Translations under genes and position numbers: made by a program
Part shown: one piece after another, positions 1 to 9,948 of the stretch
How positions within the stretch are numbered: the stretch's first letter is position 1
How the letters are laid out: every line of letters begins with the position of its first letter
NCBI GenBank assembly: GCA_041688145.1
Contig: JBDNIV010000022.1
Location: forward strand, 1 to 34,807
Direction of reading: 5' to 3'
Origin: Chlamydiia bacterium
GTDB lineage: Bacteria > Chlamydiota > Chlamydiia > Chlamydiales > JAAKFQ01
Length of the DNA stretch: 34,807 bases
Notes under the pieces: model-generated
Database searches by the model: none
The model's input: only the letters and a program-made list of their open reading frames with translations
What the model was told of the DNA's origin: nothing

Positions 1-234
1 AAGAGGCACAGAAGGTGAGATGGGAGGAGTAGAGTTTTTGTGCGTCGGTTGCACCACAGGTGGAAGCCAATCAGAAATAAAAGGATAAAGTGCATGGCTA
101 CCGACTCATTTTACCAAGCTATACTAAACGCTATAGAGCGCGTCATCTCAATTCTCAGGATCAAGTGTTCCCCATTGTATGCTATATTTAATAAAATAGA
201 CAATTTTTCCCGCTGAAGCAGGCTGTTTTTATGT

Positions 235-263
235 TTGCTAAAAGTTGTATAAATCGGTAAACT
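235..263 (+). promoter_or_regulatory. Candidate sigma70/sigma66 promoter of the methyltransferase gene
   Basis: TTGCTA (235-240), 17 nt spacer, TAAACT (258-263), about 35 nt upstream of the ATG at 298. Confidence 0.45.
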
Positions 264-297
264 CGGCCGCTTAGTTTAAGTATATAAGTGGGTATAA

Positions 298-1065
298 ATG
301 GTTGCACTTGGTCAGCGTATTATTAATGAAAAAAAAGCTTATGATGAGGAAGGTGTTTTCGAGCGATCGCACGCGATTCACTCACGATTTTCTCATGTCT
401 TTAACAGTCCGAATACATTAAAAGGTACTCAGTATTGCTTTGGTAAGATCTGTGAATATGCAAATAATGCTCATGTGTTAGAAATAGGTAGCGGCAATGG
501 GGAATTTGCAGAAGAAGTGCTTGGTGTGGTAGCTCCAGCGTCTTATACGGGGGTTGAAATTTCACAAACATTTTTATCTGAGGCTAAAGCAAGAGGCTTG
601 TCAGCAGAATTTTTAGATCAAGATGTCCATAAACCTATTGAAGGACAATTTGATTTCATTTTTGGCAGAAGTATATTGCATCACATAGACTACCAAGCGG
701 TTTTAATAAACCTGTATCACAATAATTTATCTCCAGGCGGGAAAATGATTTTTATGGAGCCTTTGGGGATAAGTTTTATACTTAAGCTATATTGGAAGCT
801 TGGAACAAAATATCACACTCCTGATGAGCGTCCGTTTAAGAAAAATGATTTGAAGTGGATGAATCAGAATTTTAACCGTTTTACCTTAACCCCTATCAAT
901 TATCTTTCTTTTCCCTTAGGGGTTATGTCGTCTTTGGTTATGAAGAGGCCGGACAATGCTATAATGCGCTTAGGCGATAGAATAGATATAGGGATATCAA
1001 AATATTTGCCCTTTATGAGGAAGAGATTTCGTCAGGGAGTCTTTGAGATTTCTAAAAGCTTATAA
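298..1065 (+). CDS. Class I SAM-dependent methyltransferase, possibly glycan-modifying
   Basis: Motif I VLEIGSGNG, acidic residue ending strand 2 (GVEIS), FDFIFGRSILHHI, LSPGGKMIFMEP; convergent with a flippase. Confidence 0.85.
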   Translation: MVALGQRIINEKKAYDEEGVFERSHAIHSRFSHVFNSPNTLKGTQYCFGKICEYANNAHVLEIGSGNGEFAEEVLGVVAPASYTGVEISQTFLSEAKARGLSAEFLDQDVHKPIEGQFDFIFGRSILHHIDYQAVLINLYHNNLSPGGKMIFMEPLGISFILKLYWKLGTKYHTPDERPFKKNDLKWMNQNFNRFTLTPINYLSFPLGVMSSLVMKRPDNAIMRLGDRIDIGISKYLPFMRKRFRQGVFEISKSL

Positions 1066-1153
1066 AAGAAAGAGCTTAGCGTTATAAGATTATCCCTAAC
1101 TAGAGTTCTGTTGAATTTTTTTTGACAGCGTGCGTGGTTGCTTTATCCTTATC

Positions 1154-2647
1154 TTAAGGTGGAGCTGTTTTCTTTTTTAGAATTTGTCTATTTGTGGATG
1201 AAGAAATAAAGGTTATAATCGTAGTAAAAAAACTAACTATTACGGCATAACCCAGTTTTAGGACAGGCGATTCTGGAATAAGCCAGCTTAGTGGAAGCAA
1301 AATAGAAAAAGAAATTACAGTAGGCGAGAGAAAAGAATACAGAAACCTGATCTGATGTTCTTTACGAAATAAGACATAATGTATCCAGGGCGTAGTTATG
1401 AAAATATAAAAGCCATTAATCACGATCCAGGAGTAAGCCATCGCCATCCACCCATAATGATGAGAGAGAAAGATTGAAGCGGGAACTAAGGTGATTATTA
1501 TGAAAGTATGATTAAGTATTAAAATTCGAGTACGGCCCGCTGCAAAGAGCAAGGTGCAGGATAGGTGCCCCATCCCATTTAAGCAGGCTCCTATGATAAG
1601 CACTTGTAGGATTTGAGAAGTTAGTTTGGCTGCGGCAGGATCTGGTATTATATGTAACAATATTAGAGGACAGAAAAGATATATACTTAAAGAAAGGGGT
1701 ATAAGTAGAGAGAACATCATTTGAGAGGCTTGTTGATATGACTCAATGAGGGCCCTAGGGTTTTCTTGTTTAGAGTACTTGGAAAAAATAGGAAAGAAAG
1801 CATTTTGAATAGGTACACAAATAAAGCTTAGGACGCCAAGTGCTAAGGTGTAGGCAAAACTATAGCAAGCGAAAATTGATAGAGGCAGCATTTTACTGAG
1901 TGTAATTTTATCATATTGACTGATTATAAATGCTAGAATAGAAAAACCTAAAACACCTGAAGAGAATTTTTTATGGGTTTTTAGAAGCGCTATGGACAAG
2001 CGGGGCTTTTCATTGCTTTGAGGGAGCTTTTTCCATAGCAATATCCTCAATGTAACCATGTAAATCGCATTAGTGAGTAGTTGCCATCCAAAGTAGGTAA
2101 TGATAGTCCTAGGTCCAAAAATTAAAGCTAGTACGCCGCCTGCATGTCTTAATGTCATGGACCCAATCAACAAGCTGTTTTCAAGCACTTGGTTTTGCAA
2201 GCCTCGTAGGCCGTTAGAATACAAGAAGGTAGGCCAGGCTGTAATAATGGAGAGAAACATTAACAAGAGAGCACTGTGCATCTCATTAGCAGGCAGGTGT
2301 TTAAACTTTAGCCAAGATGTTGCGATCCAGGCAGTAGAGCTAAAGGCTGCTAAAACCAGCAAGAGGCCTGCTAGTAAGTAGATCATTTCAAAAGTAAGCA
2401 ATAAGCTTTTACTATGGTGATCCCGGTTGGTATGATATGCAGTTTGAGCGAGATGTCGGTTTAGAGTAGTACCAAATCCAAAGTCAAAGACGCTAAAAAA
2501 AATAAGCAAAGAATTGAATATCCCGATCATGCCAAAACCTTCTAATCCTAGGCTTCGGATATAAAAAGGAGTGGCGAGTAAAAGAGATGCCGTTCCCCAT
2601 CCTTTGGCGATAAAGTTAGCTGCAATATTTCTTGATAAGATGCTCAT
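1154..2647 (-). CDS. Wzx/MATE-like oligosaccharide flippase (polysaccharide biosynthesis export protein)
   Basis: 497 aa with 12 or more hydrophobic segments; N-terminal RNIAANF...TPFYIRSLGLEGFG...FDFG, and YDKITLSKMLPL, typical of Wzx/RfbX. Confidence 0.85.
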   Translation of the reverse strand: MSILSRNIAANFIAKGWGTASLLLATPFYIRSLGLEGFGMIGIFNSLLIFFSVFDFGFGTTLNRHLAQTAYHTNRDHHSKSLLLTFEMIYLLAGLLLVLAAFSSTAWIATSWLKFKHLPANEMHSALLLMFLSIITAWPTFLYSNGLRGLQNQVLENSLLIGSMTLRHAGGVLALIFGPRTIITYFGWQLLTNAIYMVTLRILLWKKLPQSNEKPRLSIALLKTHKKFSSGVLGFSILAFIISQYDKITLSKMLPLSIFACYSFAYTLALGVLSFICVPIQNAFFPIFSKYSKQENPRALIESYQQASQMMFSLLIPLSLSIYLFCPLILLHIIPDPAAAKLTSQILQVLIIGACLNGMGHLSCTLLFAAGRTRILILNHTFIIITLVPASIFLSHHYGWMAMAYSWIVINGFYIFITTPWIHYVLFRKEHQIRFLYSFLSPTVISFSILLPLSWLIPESPVLKLGYAVIVSFFTTIITFISSSTNRQILKKKTAPP

Positions 2648-2690
2648 GGATGGCTATCTACTTTGAAGTTATTAATTGGTTGGTATTTGG

Positions 2691-2720
2691 ATTCTAGCCA
2701 TATTACCTATTGTTTTTCAA
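2691..2720 (-). promoter_or_regulatory. Candidate promoter of the flippase gene
   Basis: Minus strand TTGAAA (2720-2715), 18 nt spacer, TAGAAT (2696-2691). Confidence 0.4.
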
Positions 2721-2835
2721 GGTTAGTATTCCTCATATTATCGGGATTTTGCTTTAGATAAAAAAAGCAAACAGGATTATATTTTTATTTAAAATTTACG
2801 ACATGCCCTCAGCCTAATTTCAAGAAAGCTCTTAA

Positions 2836-2864
2836 TTGAAGGATATTCAGGTTTGGTCTACAAT
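2836..2864 (+). promoter_or_regulatory. Candidate sigma70/sigma66 promoter of the suf operon
   Basis: TTGAAG (2836-2841), 17 nt spacer, TACAAT (2859-2864), 32 nt before the sufB ATG. Confidence 0.6.
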
Positions 2865-2896
2865 AGGGGCTTTAATTTTCATGGGATGAGCCTTGT

Positions 2897-4336
2897 ATGT
2901 CAAGCCAACAAGATTTTTCAGCTAAAAATGACTATAAGTATGGTTTTGTTACAAAGGTGGAGTCAGATAAGATTCCCAAAGGGTTGACAGAGTCTACGAT
3001 CCGTCTTATCTCAGAGAAAAAGGGTGAGCCAGGCTTCATGCTGGATTTCAGGCTTAAAGCGCTCCAAACTTGGAAAGAGATGCGTGAGCCTGACTGGCCA
3101 AACGTTTCCTATACACCTATCGATTATCAAGATATTTGTTACTATTCCTCTCCTAAGAAAAAACCAAAGCTTAATGGCTTAGATGAAGTAGACCCTGAGA
3201 TTCTAAAAACTTTTGAGCGTTTGGGGATTCCATTAGATGAGCAAAAGCGCCTTTCTAACGTAGCTGTTGATGTTGTGTTTGATTCGGTTTCTATTGGAAC
3301 AACGTTTAAGAAAAAACTTGAAGAAGCTGGAGTTATCTTGTGCTCTATTTCGGAGGCAATTCAGAAATATCCTGCGCTTATAGAAAAATATTTAGGTTCT
3401 GTAGTGCCTATTGGGGACAATTTTTTTACAGCTCTAAATTCAGCTGTTTTTACAGATGGGTCTTTTGTTTATGTCCCTAAGGGTGTCACCTCTCCTATGG
3501 AGCTTTCAACCTATTTTCGAATTAACGATCAAGAGACAGGGCAGTTTGAAAGAACACTTATTATTGCAGAAGAAAGCTCGTATGTAAGTTACTTAGAGGG
3601 TTGTACAGCACCTGCTTATGATAACAACCAGCTACATGCAGCAGTAGTTGAGATTATCGCTTTAGATGATGCTGTAGTAAAATACTCTACAGTTCAGAAT
3701 TGGTATCCAGGAGATCCTAAAACTGGCAAGGGGGGGATCTATAATTTTGTTACAAAACGAGGTAAGTGCCAGGGGAAAAGATCAAAAATTAGCTGGACAC
3801 AGGTTGAAGCAGGTGCGGCGATTACTTGGAAGTACCCAAGCTGTATCTTGCAAGGAGATGGATCTGTAGGAGAGTTTTATTCGGTTGCTCTTACTAATGG
3901 GAAGATGCAGGCAGATACAGGAACAAAAATGATTCATCTAGGGAAAAATACTTCGTCAACTATCATATCTAAGGGCATCTCAGCAGATGAGGCTCACAAT
4001 ACATATCGAGGACTTGTTCATATTGCACCAAGAGCTAAGGGGGCTCGTAATTACACACAGTGTGATTCAATGCTTGTAGGAAATAGGTGTTCAGCAAATA
4101 CATTTCCTTATATCGAAGTTTCGGGATCGAGTGCTCAAGTAGAGCACGAGGCCTCTACATGTAAGATGAATGAAGAGCAGCTCTTCTATTTACAGTCTCG
4201 AGGAATCAATAGGGAAGATGCTATCAGTCTGATTGTAAATGGATTTTGTGCGGATATTATTAAAGAACTGCCCATGGAATTTGCTGTTGAAGCTCAAAAG
4301 TTATTAACTTTAAAATTAGAAGGGTCTGTAGGGTAA
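2897..4336 (+). CDS. sufB: Fe-S cluster assembly protein SufB
   Basis: [57 protein letters not shown]-terminal LEGSVG. Confidence 0.98.
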   Translation: MSSQQDFSAKNDYKYGFVTKVESDKIPKGLTESTIRLISEKKGEPGFMLDFRLKALQTWKEMREPDWPNVSYTPIDYQDICYYSSPKKKPKLNGLDEVDPEILKTFERLGIPLDEQKRLSNVAVDVVFDSVSIGTTFKKKLEEAGVILCSISEAIQKYPALIEKYLGSVVPIGDNFFTALNSAVFTDGSFVYVPKGVTSPMELSTYFRINDQETGQFERTLIIAEESSYVSYLEGCTAPAYDNNQLHAAVVEIIALDDAVVKYSTVQNWYPGDPKTGKGGIYNFVTKRGKCQGKRSKISWTQVEAGAAITWKYPSCILQGDGSVGEFYSVALTNGKMQADTGTKMIHLGKNTSSTIISKGISADEAHNTYRGLVHIAPRAKGARNYTQCDSMLVGNRCSANTFPYIEVSGSSAQVEHEASTCKMNEEQLFYLQSRGINREDAISLIVNGFCADIIKELPMEFAVEAQKLLTLKLEGSVG

Positions 4337-4338
4337 TT

Positions 4339-5088
4339 ATGTTAAGTATCAAAGATTTATATGTTTCTTGTGAGGAAGCCGATATTTTGCAGGGGTTTAA
4401 CTTAGAGGTAAAACCAGGTGAAATTCACGCTATTATGGGGCCTAATGGGGCGGGAAAATCTACGCTTGCAAAAGCGTTAGCAGGCCATCCAAGTTATAAA
4501 ATTTCTTCAGGAGAGATTATTTTCGAAGGGGAAGATATTGTAGAGCTCGATCCTGAAGACAGGGCTTCAAGAGGTCTGTTTGTTGGAATGCAATACCCTG
4601 TTGAGATTCCTGGAGTTTCAAATGTACAGTTTTTGCTTACAGCCTTAAATGCTCAGAGGAAATCTCAGGGATTAGAACCTGTGTCAGATGAAGGTTTTGA
4701 AAAAATTCTAGAAGAAAAGCTTCAGCTGCTAAACATGGACCCTTCTTTTATGAGCCGGGGAGTTAATGAGGGATTTTCTGGTGGAGAGAAAAAAAGAAAT
4801 GAGATTCTTCAGATGGCCCTTTTGAATCCAAAGCTCACCATCTTGGATGAGACAGATTCAGGTTTAGATATTGATGCCATGCGTGTAATTAGTGAAGCGA
4901 TTAAAAAGCTTATGACACCAGGCAAGTCTTTGATCTTAATTACGCACTATCAGAGGCTCTTAGATTATGTTAAGCCGGACTATGTGCATGTTATGATTGA
5001 AGGTAAAATTAGCACTACGGGAGGATCTGAGCTTGCAGCTGCCTTAGAAGAAAAAGGGTATGAAACTATTAGTCCTATAAGAGGTTAG
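4339..5088 (+). CDS. sufC: Fe-S cluster assembly ATPase SufC
   Basis: Walker A GPNGAGKST, QYPVEIPGV, FSGGEKKRNE, LDETDSGLDIDA, ITHYQRLL; directly after sufB. Confidence 0.98.
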   Translation: MLSIKDLYVSCEEADILQGFNLEVKPGEIHAIMGPNGAGKSTLAKALAGHPSYKISSGEIIFEGEDIVELDPEDRASRGLFVGMQYPVEIPGVSNVQFLLTALNAQRKSQGLEPVSDEGFEKILEEKLQLLNMDPSFMSRGVNEGFSGGEKKRNEILQMALLNPKLTILDETDSGLDIDAMRVISEAIKKLMTPGKSLILITHYQRLLDYVKPDYVHVMIEGKISTTGGSELAAALEEKGYETISPIRG

Positions 5089-5098
5089 TCATAAATAG

Positions 5099-6418
5099 AT
5101 GTTAGTTGATGATAAAAAAACTTTTTTTGAGGAGATAGAGGAACATGTTGTTTCTCAGAGTGAGGAAGGGCTTTTTTCTAGTTTACAGCAAGGAGCTTGG
5201 AAGCGTTTGCAAGAAGTGGGTCTTGCTCACAAGAAAATGAGCAATTTCCAATACTTCCCTTTGTCCAAGCTGTATGCTACCCCTTTTACTCAGGCAAAAA
5301 ACTCTTTAGTCTCGATAGAAGAAGTGGAGGCCTATACGCTGCCTGAATGCAAGGGAGCTGTTATGGTCTTTGTAAATGGAAAATACCATCAAGAGCTCTC
5401 TTCTTTAGAAACTCTAGAGGGAGCTTGCTCGGTCTTACATTTTGAATACGCCATGCGCTCTTATGGTAGCTTTTTAGAAAGGCGTATACGTCAAGAGATT
5501 CAGCGAGAGTCGAGTCCATTTGCTTTGATGAATAGTGCGTTTCATACAGAGGCGGCTTTTCTGTATGTGCCTACAAAAATGCAAATAAATCAGCCCGTGC
5601 AGGTGTTACAATTTGTGACTTCTTGTGCAGAAGCAGCTTATATACACCCAAAGCTTCATATTGTCTTGGGTAAAGAATCTTTAGCTCGTGTGATTATTAC
5701 ACATGCATGTTCACCGAATAGTACACATATATACAATGGTGTTGTAGATGCGACTCTAGAGACTGGCGCACGCTTAGAGCTCGAAGAAGAAGTATTAGGG
5801 GCGCCTAAGTGCTGGCACTTTTCTTCTCTTCGCGCAGAGCTAAAAGAAAGAGCGCACCTCACGGCAGTTCGTGTTACAAATGGGAGTGAAGGGGTGCATT
5901 TTGACGATAATATTCAATTGACAGGGGAGCAAGCTTTTTGCGAATTGGTAGGTTTAGGGATTCTTAAGGGAAATTTTGCTCAAGCAAATGTATTTGTAGA
6001 GCATAAGGCGCCTAATTGTGAGTCTTCACAGCTTTTTAAGAATGTACTTATGGGTTTAAATACTGATCTCAAATCAGAGGGAGCAAAAAGTAGTTTTGAA
6101 GGTAAAATCTATGTCCACAGTGAAGCGCAAAAAACAAATGCTTTTCAGCTGAATAACAACTTAATACTTGATGATGTGTCTACAGCGTATGCTAAACCTA
6201 ACTTAGAAATTTTTGCGGATGATGTAAAAGCTTCTCATGGGGCAACTACGGCTGAAGTCGACAACGAAGCTCTTTTCTACTTACGTTCTAAAGGGATCCG
6301 CATGGAGGAAGCTAAAAAACTTTTAATTCAGGCGTTTTGTATGGAAGTTATAGTAAAGCTAAAGACTCCCACCTTACAAGAAAATGCCTTGGAGGTTTTG
6401 AGGCGCTATGCCGACTAA
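5099..6418 (+). CDS. sufD: Fe-S cluster assembly protein SufD
   Basis: FEGKIYV, AQKTNAFQLNNNLIL, KPNLEIFADDVKASHGAT, LFYLRSKGI; position between sufC and sufS. Confidence 0.95.
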   Translation: MLVDDKKTFFEEIEEHVVSQSEEGLFSSLQQGAWKRLQEVGLAHKKMSNFQYFPLSKLYATPFTQAKNSLVSIEEVEAYTLPECKGAVMVFVNGKYHQELSSLETLEGACSVLHFEYAMRSYGSFLERRIRQEIQRESSPFALMNSAFHTEAAFLYVPTKMQINQPVQVLQFVTSCAEAAYIHPKLHIVLGKESLARVIITHACSPNSTHIYNGVVDATLETGARLELEEEVLGAPKCWHFSSLRAELKERAHLTAVRVTNGSEGVHFDDNIQLTGEQAFCELVGLGILKGNFAQANVFVEHKAPNCESSQLFKNVLMGLNTDLKSEGAKSSFEGKIYVHSEAQKTNAFQLNNNLILDDVSTAYAKPNLEIFADDVKASHGATTAEVDNEALFYLRSKGIRMEEAKKLLIQAFCMEVIVKLKTPTLQENALEVLRRYAD

Positions 6419-7646
6419 TCTTTCACAGCCGCCTACATTTTGTGTAGATACAATTCGGTCACAGTTTCCTATATTAAGCCAAAAGATACATGGCTACCCT
6501 CTTGTCTATTTAGATACAGCTGCAACAAGTCATAAACCTGCTTGTGTCATTCAGGCTATTACACAATTTTACTCTTACGAATATGCCACAGTGAATAGAG
6601 GAGTCTATACATTGTGCCAAAAAGCAACCCTCAAGTATTGCGAGATACGAAAGAGAGTGGCTGAGTTTATTGGAGCCTACTCTTCTGATGAGATTATTTT
6701 TACCAGAGGAGCGACAGATGGGATAAACCTTGTAGCTACGAGTTTTATTCCCACCTTTTTAAAACAAGGTGATGAGGTGATTATATTTTCTTCTGAGCAT
6801 CATTCAAATATAGTGCCGTGGCAAATGGCAGTGCAGCATTTTGGGATAAAGCTTAGAGTCGTGGACGTGTTAGAAAATGGTGATATCGAATTGGGAGCTT
6901 TTGAAGCTGCTTTGGGGCCCCGCACAAAGCTTGTTTCATTTGCTCATGTGTCTAATGTCACAGGAGCTATCCACCCAGCTAAAAAAATTATAGAGTTATG
7001 TAAATCTAGAGGGATTTATACTCTTATAGATGGTGCTCAAAGCGTTGGGCATATGCCTGTTTCTGTAAAAAATCTAGGGTGTGATTTTTTTGTTTTTTCC
7101 TCTCATAAGATATATGGCGCTACAGGGCTAGGAGTATTATTCGGTCGTAAAAGTCTATTAGAGCAGATGCTGCCTCATCAAGGAGGAGGAGATATGATTG
7201 AGAATGTCTCTTATGAAAAGACGAGCTATTCAGCGGTGCCAAGAAAGTTTGAAGCAGGTACTCCTATGATTGCTCAAGTAATAGCTTTAGGTGCAGCGAT
7301 CAATTTTTTAGAGGGAATTGGATTAGGGGTTATTCAAAATTATGAGAGCAATCTTACCCATTATTTAGCAGCTCAGCTCTTAAAGATTCCGGGTTTAAAA
7401 TTACTAAGTAATCCCAAAAAACGAGCCCCGATTATTAGTTTTTCTATAGAAGGCATGCATAGCCTAGATATAGCTACTTTATTAGATCTCAAAGGAATAG
7501 CTATACGCTCAGGCCATTTGTGTGCTCAGCCTTACCTGGAAAATGTCGGGGAAGGTTTTGTTATGAGAGTTTCTCTAGGGGTCTATAATACAATAAGCGA
7601 AATAGACTTTTTGATAGAGACTATATTGAGCCTTATAGGCTCATAA
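6408..7646 (+). CDS. sufS: Cysteine desulfurase SufS (group II)
   Basis: YLDTAATS, EHHSNIVPWQ, DGAQS, SSHK (PLP lysine), FEAGTP, RSGHLCAQP (catalytic Cys); 11 nt overlap with sufD. Confidence 0.96.
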   Translation: MPTNLSQPPTFCVDTIRSQFPILSQKIHGYPLVYLDTAATSHKPACVIQAITQFYSYEYATVNRGVYTLCQKATLKYCEIRKRVAEFIGAYSSDEIIFTRGATDGINLVATSFIPTFLKQGDEVIIFSSEHHSNIVPWQMAVQHFGIKLRVVDVLENGDIELGAFEAALGPRTKLVSFAHVSNVTGAIHPAKKIIELCKSRGIYTLIDGAQSVGHMPVSVKNLGCDFFVFSSHKIYGATGLGVLFGRKSLLEQMLPHQGGGDMIENVSYEKTSYSAVPRKFEAGTPMIAQVIALGAAINFLEGIGLGVIQNYESNLTHYLAAQLLKIPGLKLLSNPKKRAPIISFSIEGMHSLDIATLLDLKGIAIRSGHLCAQPYLENVGEGFVMRVSLGVYNTISEIDFLIETILSLIGS

Positions 7647-7692
7647 TAGGAATGTAGTGCCAGATATCAAATTGACTAAGAGGCCGTGAATT

Positions 7693-8790
7693 ATGAAAGT
7701 AGCTATAGACTATCGATTGGCTTTAAAAGATAAGGCAGGTATTGGAAATGTAATTTCTAATCTTGTTAATGAATATAAGAAAATGTCTTTAGATATCGAA
7801 CTTATTGAGCCCGATCAGGTCACAGGCCTAAATACCCGAAAGCGATTGCAATGGGATCAAATCACAGTTCCTCGAAAAGCTAAGCAATGTAAGGCAAATA
7901 TCTTACATCAGCCGGGTTTGTCAGCACCTGTATTTTCTCGTATTACAACGATACAAAGTATATATCATTTTTTGCCAAAGGCGTTGCATAAAAAACCTGA
8001 GTTTAATCTAGGTTTTGTTGCAGATGCCTATTTTAATAAATGGATGCCGTTCACAGCTAAATTTTGTGCACACTGTATTACTTGCTCAGATTTTTCTAGA
8101 AAAACACTTGAAGAAGACTATGGAATCGCGCCAGAAAAAATCTCTGTGATACCTTTAGCTCCCCATAAGCTTTATACAAAAATAAAGCTTGAGGAAAAAA
8201 ACCATGGAAAAAGATTGATAGAAGAGCGATTTGGGGTTCATGGAGACTACTTACTCTGTGTGGGGACTATGCTGCCATACAAGAATTTTAGCCTGTTAGC
8301 TGCAGTCTTAGAAGACCTTGTGAAAGTTGTGCCCTCAGTAAAACTTGTGATTGCAGGAGGGCATACTCTTCACACCCCTGCAATTATGCAAGAATTTTCC
8401 AAAAGAGGCGTTTTAGATTGTGTGATATTTACAGGGCACATTTCGGATCAAGAGCTGCACTATTTATATGTAAACGCTTCCCTTTTGCTTATGCCATCAT
8501 TATTTGAAGGATTTGGCATGCCACCATTGGAAGCTATGCAATGTGGCATTCCCGTTATTAGCTCAAATTCAGCGAGCTTGCCAGAGGTGGTTGGAGATGG
8601 GGGTATTTTGCTTTCCCCTTATAATAAGGAAGCTTGGACAAAAAGTATTATAGATGTTCTGGGCAGCTCTGCCCTAAGAAATCAATTAGTGGACAAAGGA
8701 TTTAAACAAGTGTCTAACTATAGCTGGGAAAAAGCGGCAAAGGCGACATATTCAGTATATGAATATGTGCATAGTAGAGCGAATAGGTAG
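7693..8790 (+). CDS. Glycosyltransferase family 4 (GT-B), mannosyl/rhamnosyltransferase-like
   Basis: MKVAID...GIG N-terminus, [11 protein letters not shown]7E motif [36 protein letters not shown]. Confidence 0.92.
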   Translation: MKVAIDYRLALKDKAGIGNVISNLVNEYKKMSLDIELIEPDQVTGLNTRKRLQWDQITVPRKAKQCKANILHQPGLSAPVFSRITTIQSIYHFLPKALHKKPEFNLGFVADAYFNKWMPFTAKFCAHCITCSDFSRKTLEEDYGIAPEKISVIPLAPHKLYTKIKLEEKNHGKRLIEERFGVHGDYLLCVGTMLPYKNFSLLAAVLEDLVKVVPSVKLVIAGGHTLHTPAIMQEFSKRGVLDCVIFTGHISDQELHYLYVNASLLLMPSLFEGFGMPPLEAMQCGIPVISSNSASLPEVVGDGGILLSPYNKEAWTKSIIDVLGSSALRNQLVDKGFKQVSNYSWEKAAKATYSVYEYVHSRANR

Positions 8791-8798
8791 AAGATTTA

Positions 8799-9632
8799 TC
8801 ATTTTACTCGAAACATATACGTCGTTTTTCTGACCACTTCTAGCCAGTTAAGTGTTTCAATACTGATCTGATGCAGTACTACAACCCAACCAGCACATAA
8901 GAGCCCAATAGCGAGCATTGAGCGGATGGAAATGCCCAAAAAGGCAATTTGCACTTGGGGCGCTAAGCGATTCGCAATCCCTAAGAAAACTTCAGCCATA
9001 AGACTTCCTACAATAGCAGGAGCCGCGAGTTGCAGAGCCATCGACATGATGTGAGCTGCGAGCGATATTATCTGTTTCCAGAAAGGGAAGCCCTTTGCAA
9101 AAAAAATAGGGTTTATCCAGCTATCAGGAGGCAGTATTAAGTACGAGCTCATCACTGCATTTAGGAAAATACTTGCTCCTCCTATCGTATAGAATATTAC
9201 AATGGTCATTTGGTTATAGAGGATACCTATAGAAGAGACTTGGTTGCGCATTGTTGGATCTTGTCCAATCATAGAAGAGGCGCCACGCATAAAGTCGATC
9301 ACAATACCGGAAGATTGCGCTACCCAGAAGGGGACTGTGGCTAAGTAAGCAATAACTAAGCCTACAAAAAACTCTTTAATAAAAAGACCTGCAAATTCCC
9401 AATTCATGATGGGAAAAACTTTTGAGTGTGCAGCTAAGTGAGGCAACATGATTGTTGCGATACACAAGGCAAGCGCCATCTTAGCAGGATTAGGAATAGA
9501 CTTAGATCCAAAAAAGGGAGTGATTGTAATGATGGGCAAGATGCGAGCAAGGGTGAGCAAAAAAAGATTCCAAATGCCCATGGCATTTGCATTGGGTCCT
9601 CCAAAAACAAAGTCTAAATAACCTGTATCCAT
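8799..9632 (-). CDS. sctT: Type III secretion export apparatus subunit SctT
   Basis: ARILPI...PFFG, GxxIDxxRG (GIVIDFMRGA), LGIANRLAPQVQI; follows sctS. Confidence 0.95.
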   Translation of the reverse strand: MDTGYLDFVFGGPNANAMGIWNLFLLTLARILPIITITPFFGSKSIPNPAKMALALCIATIMLPHLAAHSKVFPIMNWEFAGLFIKEFFVGLVIAYLATVPFWVAQSSGIVIDFMRGASSMIGQDPTMRNQVSSIGILYNQMTIVIFYTIGGASIFLNAVMSSYLILPPDSWINPIFFAKGFPFWKQIISLAAHIMSMALQLAAPAIVGSLMAEVFLGIANRLAPQVQIAFLGISIRSMLAIGLLCAGWVVVLHQISIETLNWLEVVRKTTYMFRVK

Positions 9633-9633
9633 G

Positions 9634-9903
9634 CTACATCAGTTGCCACTTTGGAAAACTCGAGAAGATTGTCATTGCATAAGAGAAGATTTGCCCGCCA
9701 ATCCAGCCTCCAAGAATCATCATTGTGCCAATGACAGCAAACAGCTTGACTGTGAAAGAGAGCGTTTGTTCTTGAATTTGCGTGGCAGCTTGGAAAATCG
9801 CGACTAAAAGACCTAACACCATGCTGATTATAATAGGGGGGCCTGAGATGATAAGGATCATCAAAAGTGCATTGTAGGAGTTTTGAACGATTTGTCCTTC
9901 CAT
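9634..9903 (-). CDS. sctS: Type III secretion export apparatus subunit SctS
   Basis: 89 aa, GLLVAIFQAATQIQEQTLSFTVKL signature. Confidence 0.97.
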   Translation of the reverse strand: MEGQIVQNSYNALLMILIISGPPIIISMVLGLLVAIFQAATQIQEQTLSFTVKLFAVIGTMMILGGWIGGQIFSYAMTIFSSFPKWQLM

Positions 9904-9948
9904 AACCTTACCTTCGCTTGAAATCCTTATTATTATCCACTTATTAAC

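Noticed and set aside
1108..1128. Hairpin CTGTTGAA...TTTGACAG between the methyltransferase and flippase genes
   Set aside because: The stem is weak with G-U pairs and the T-tract is inside the loop and stem, not after it; not a convincing terminator.
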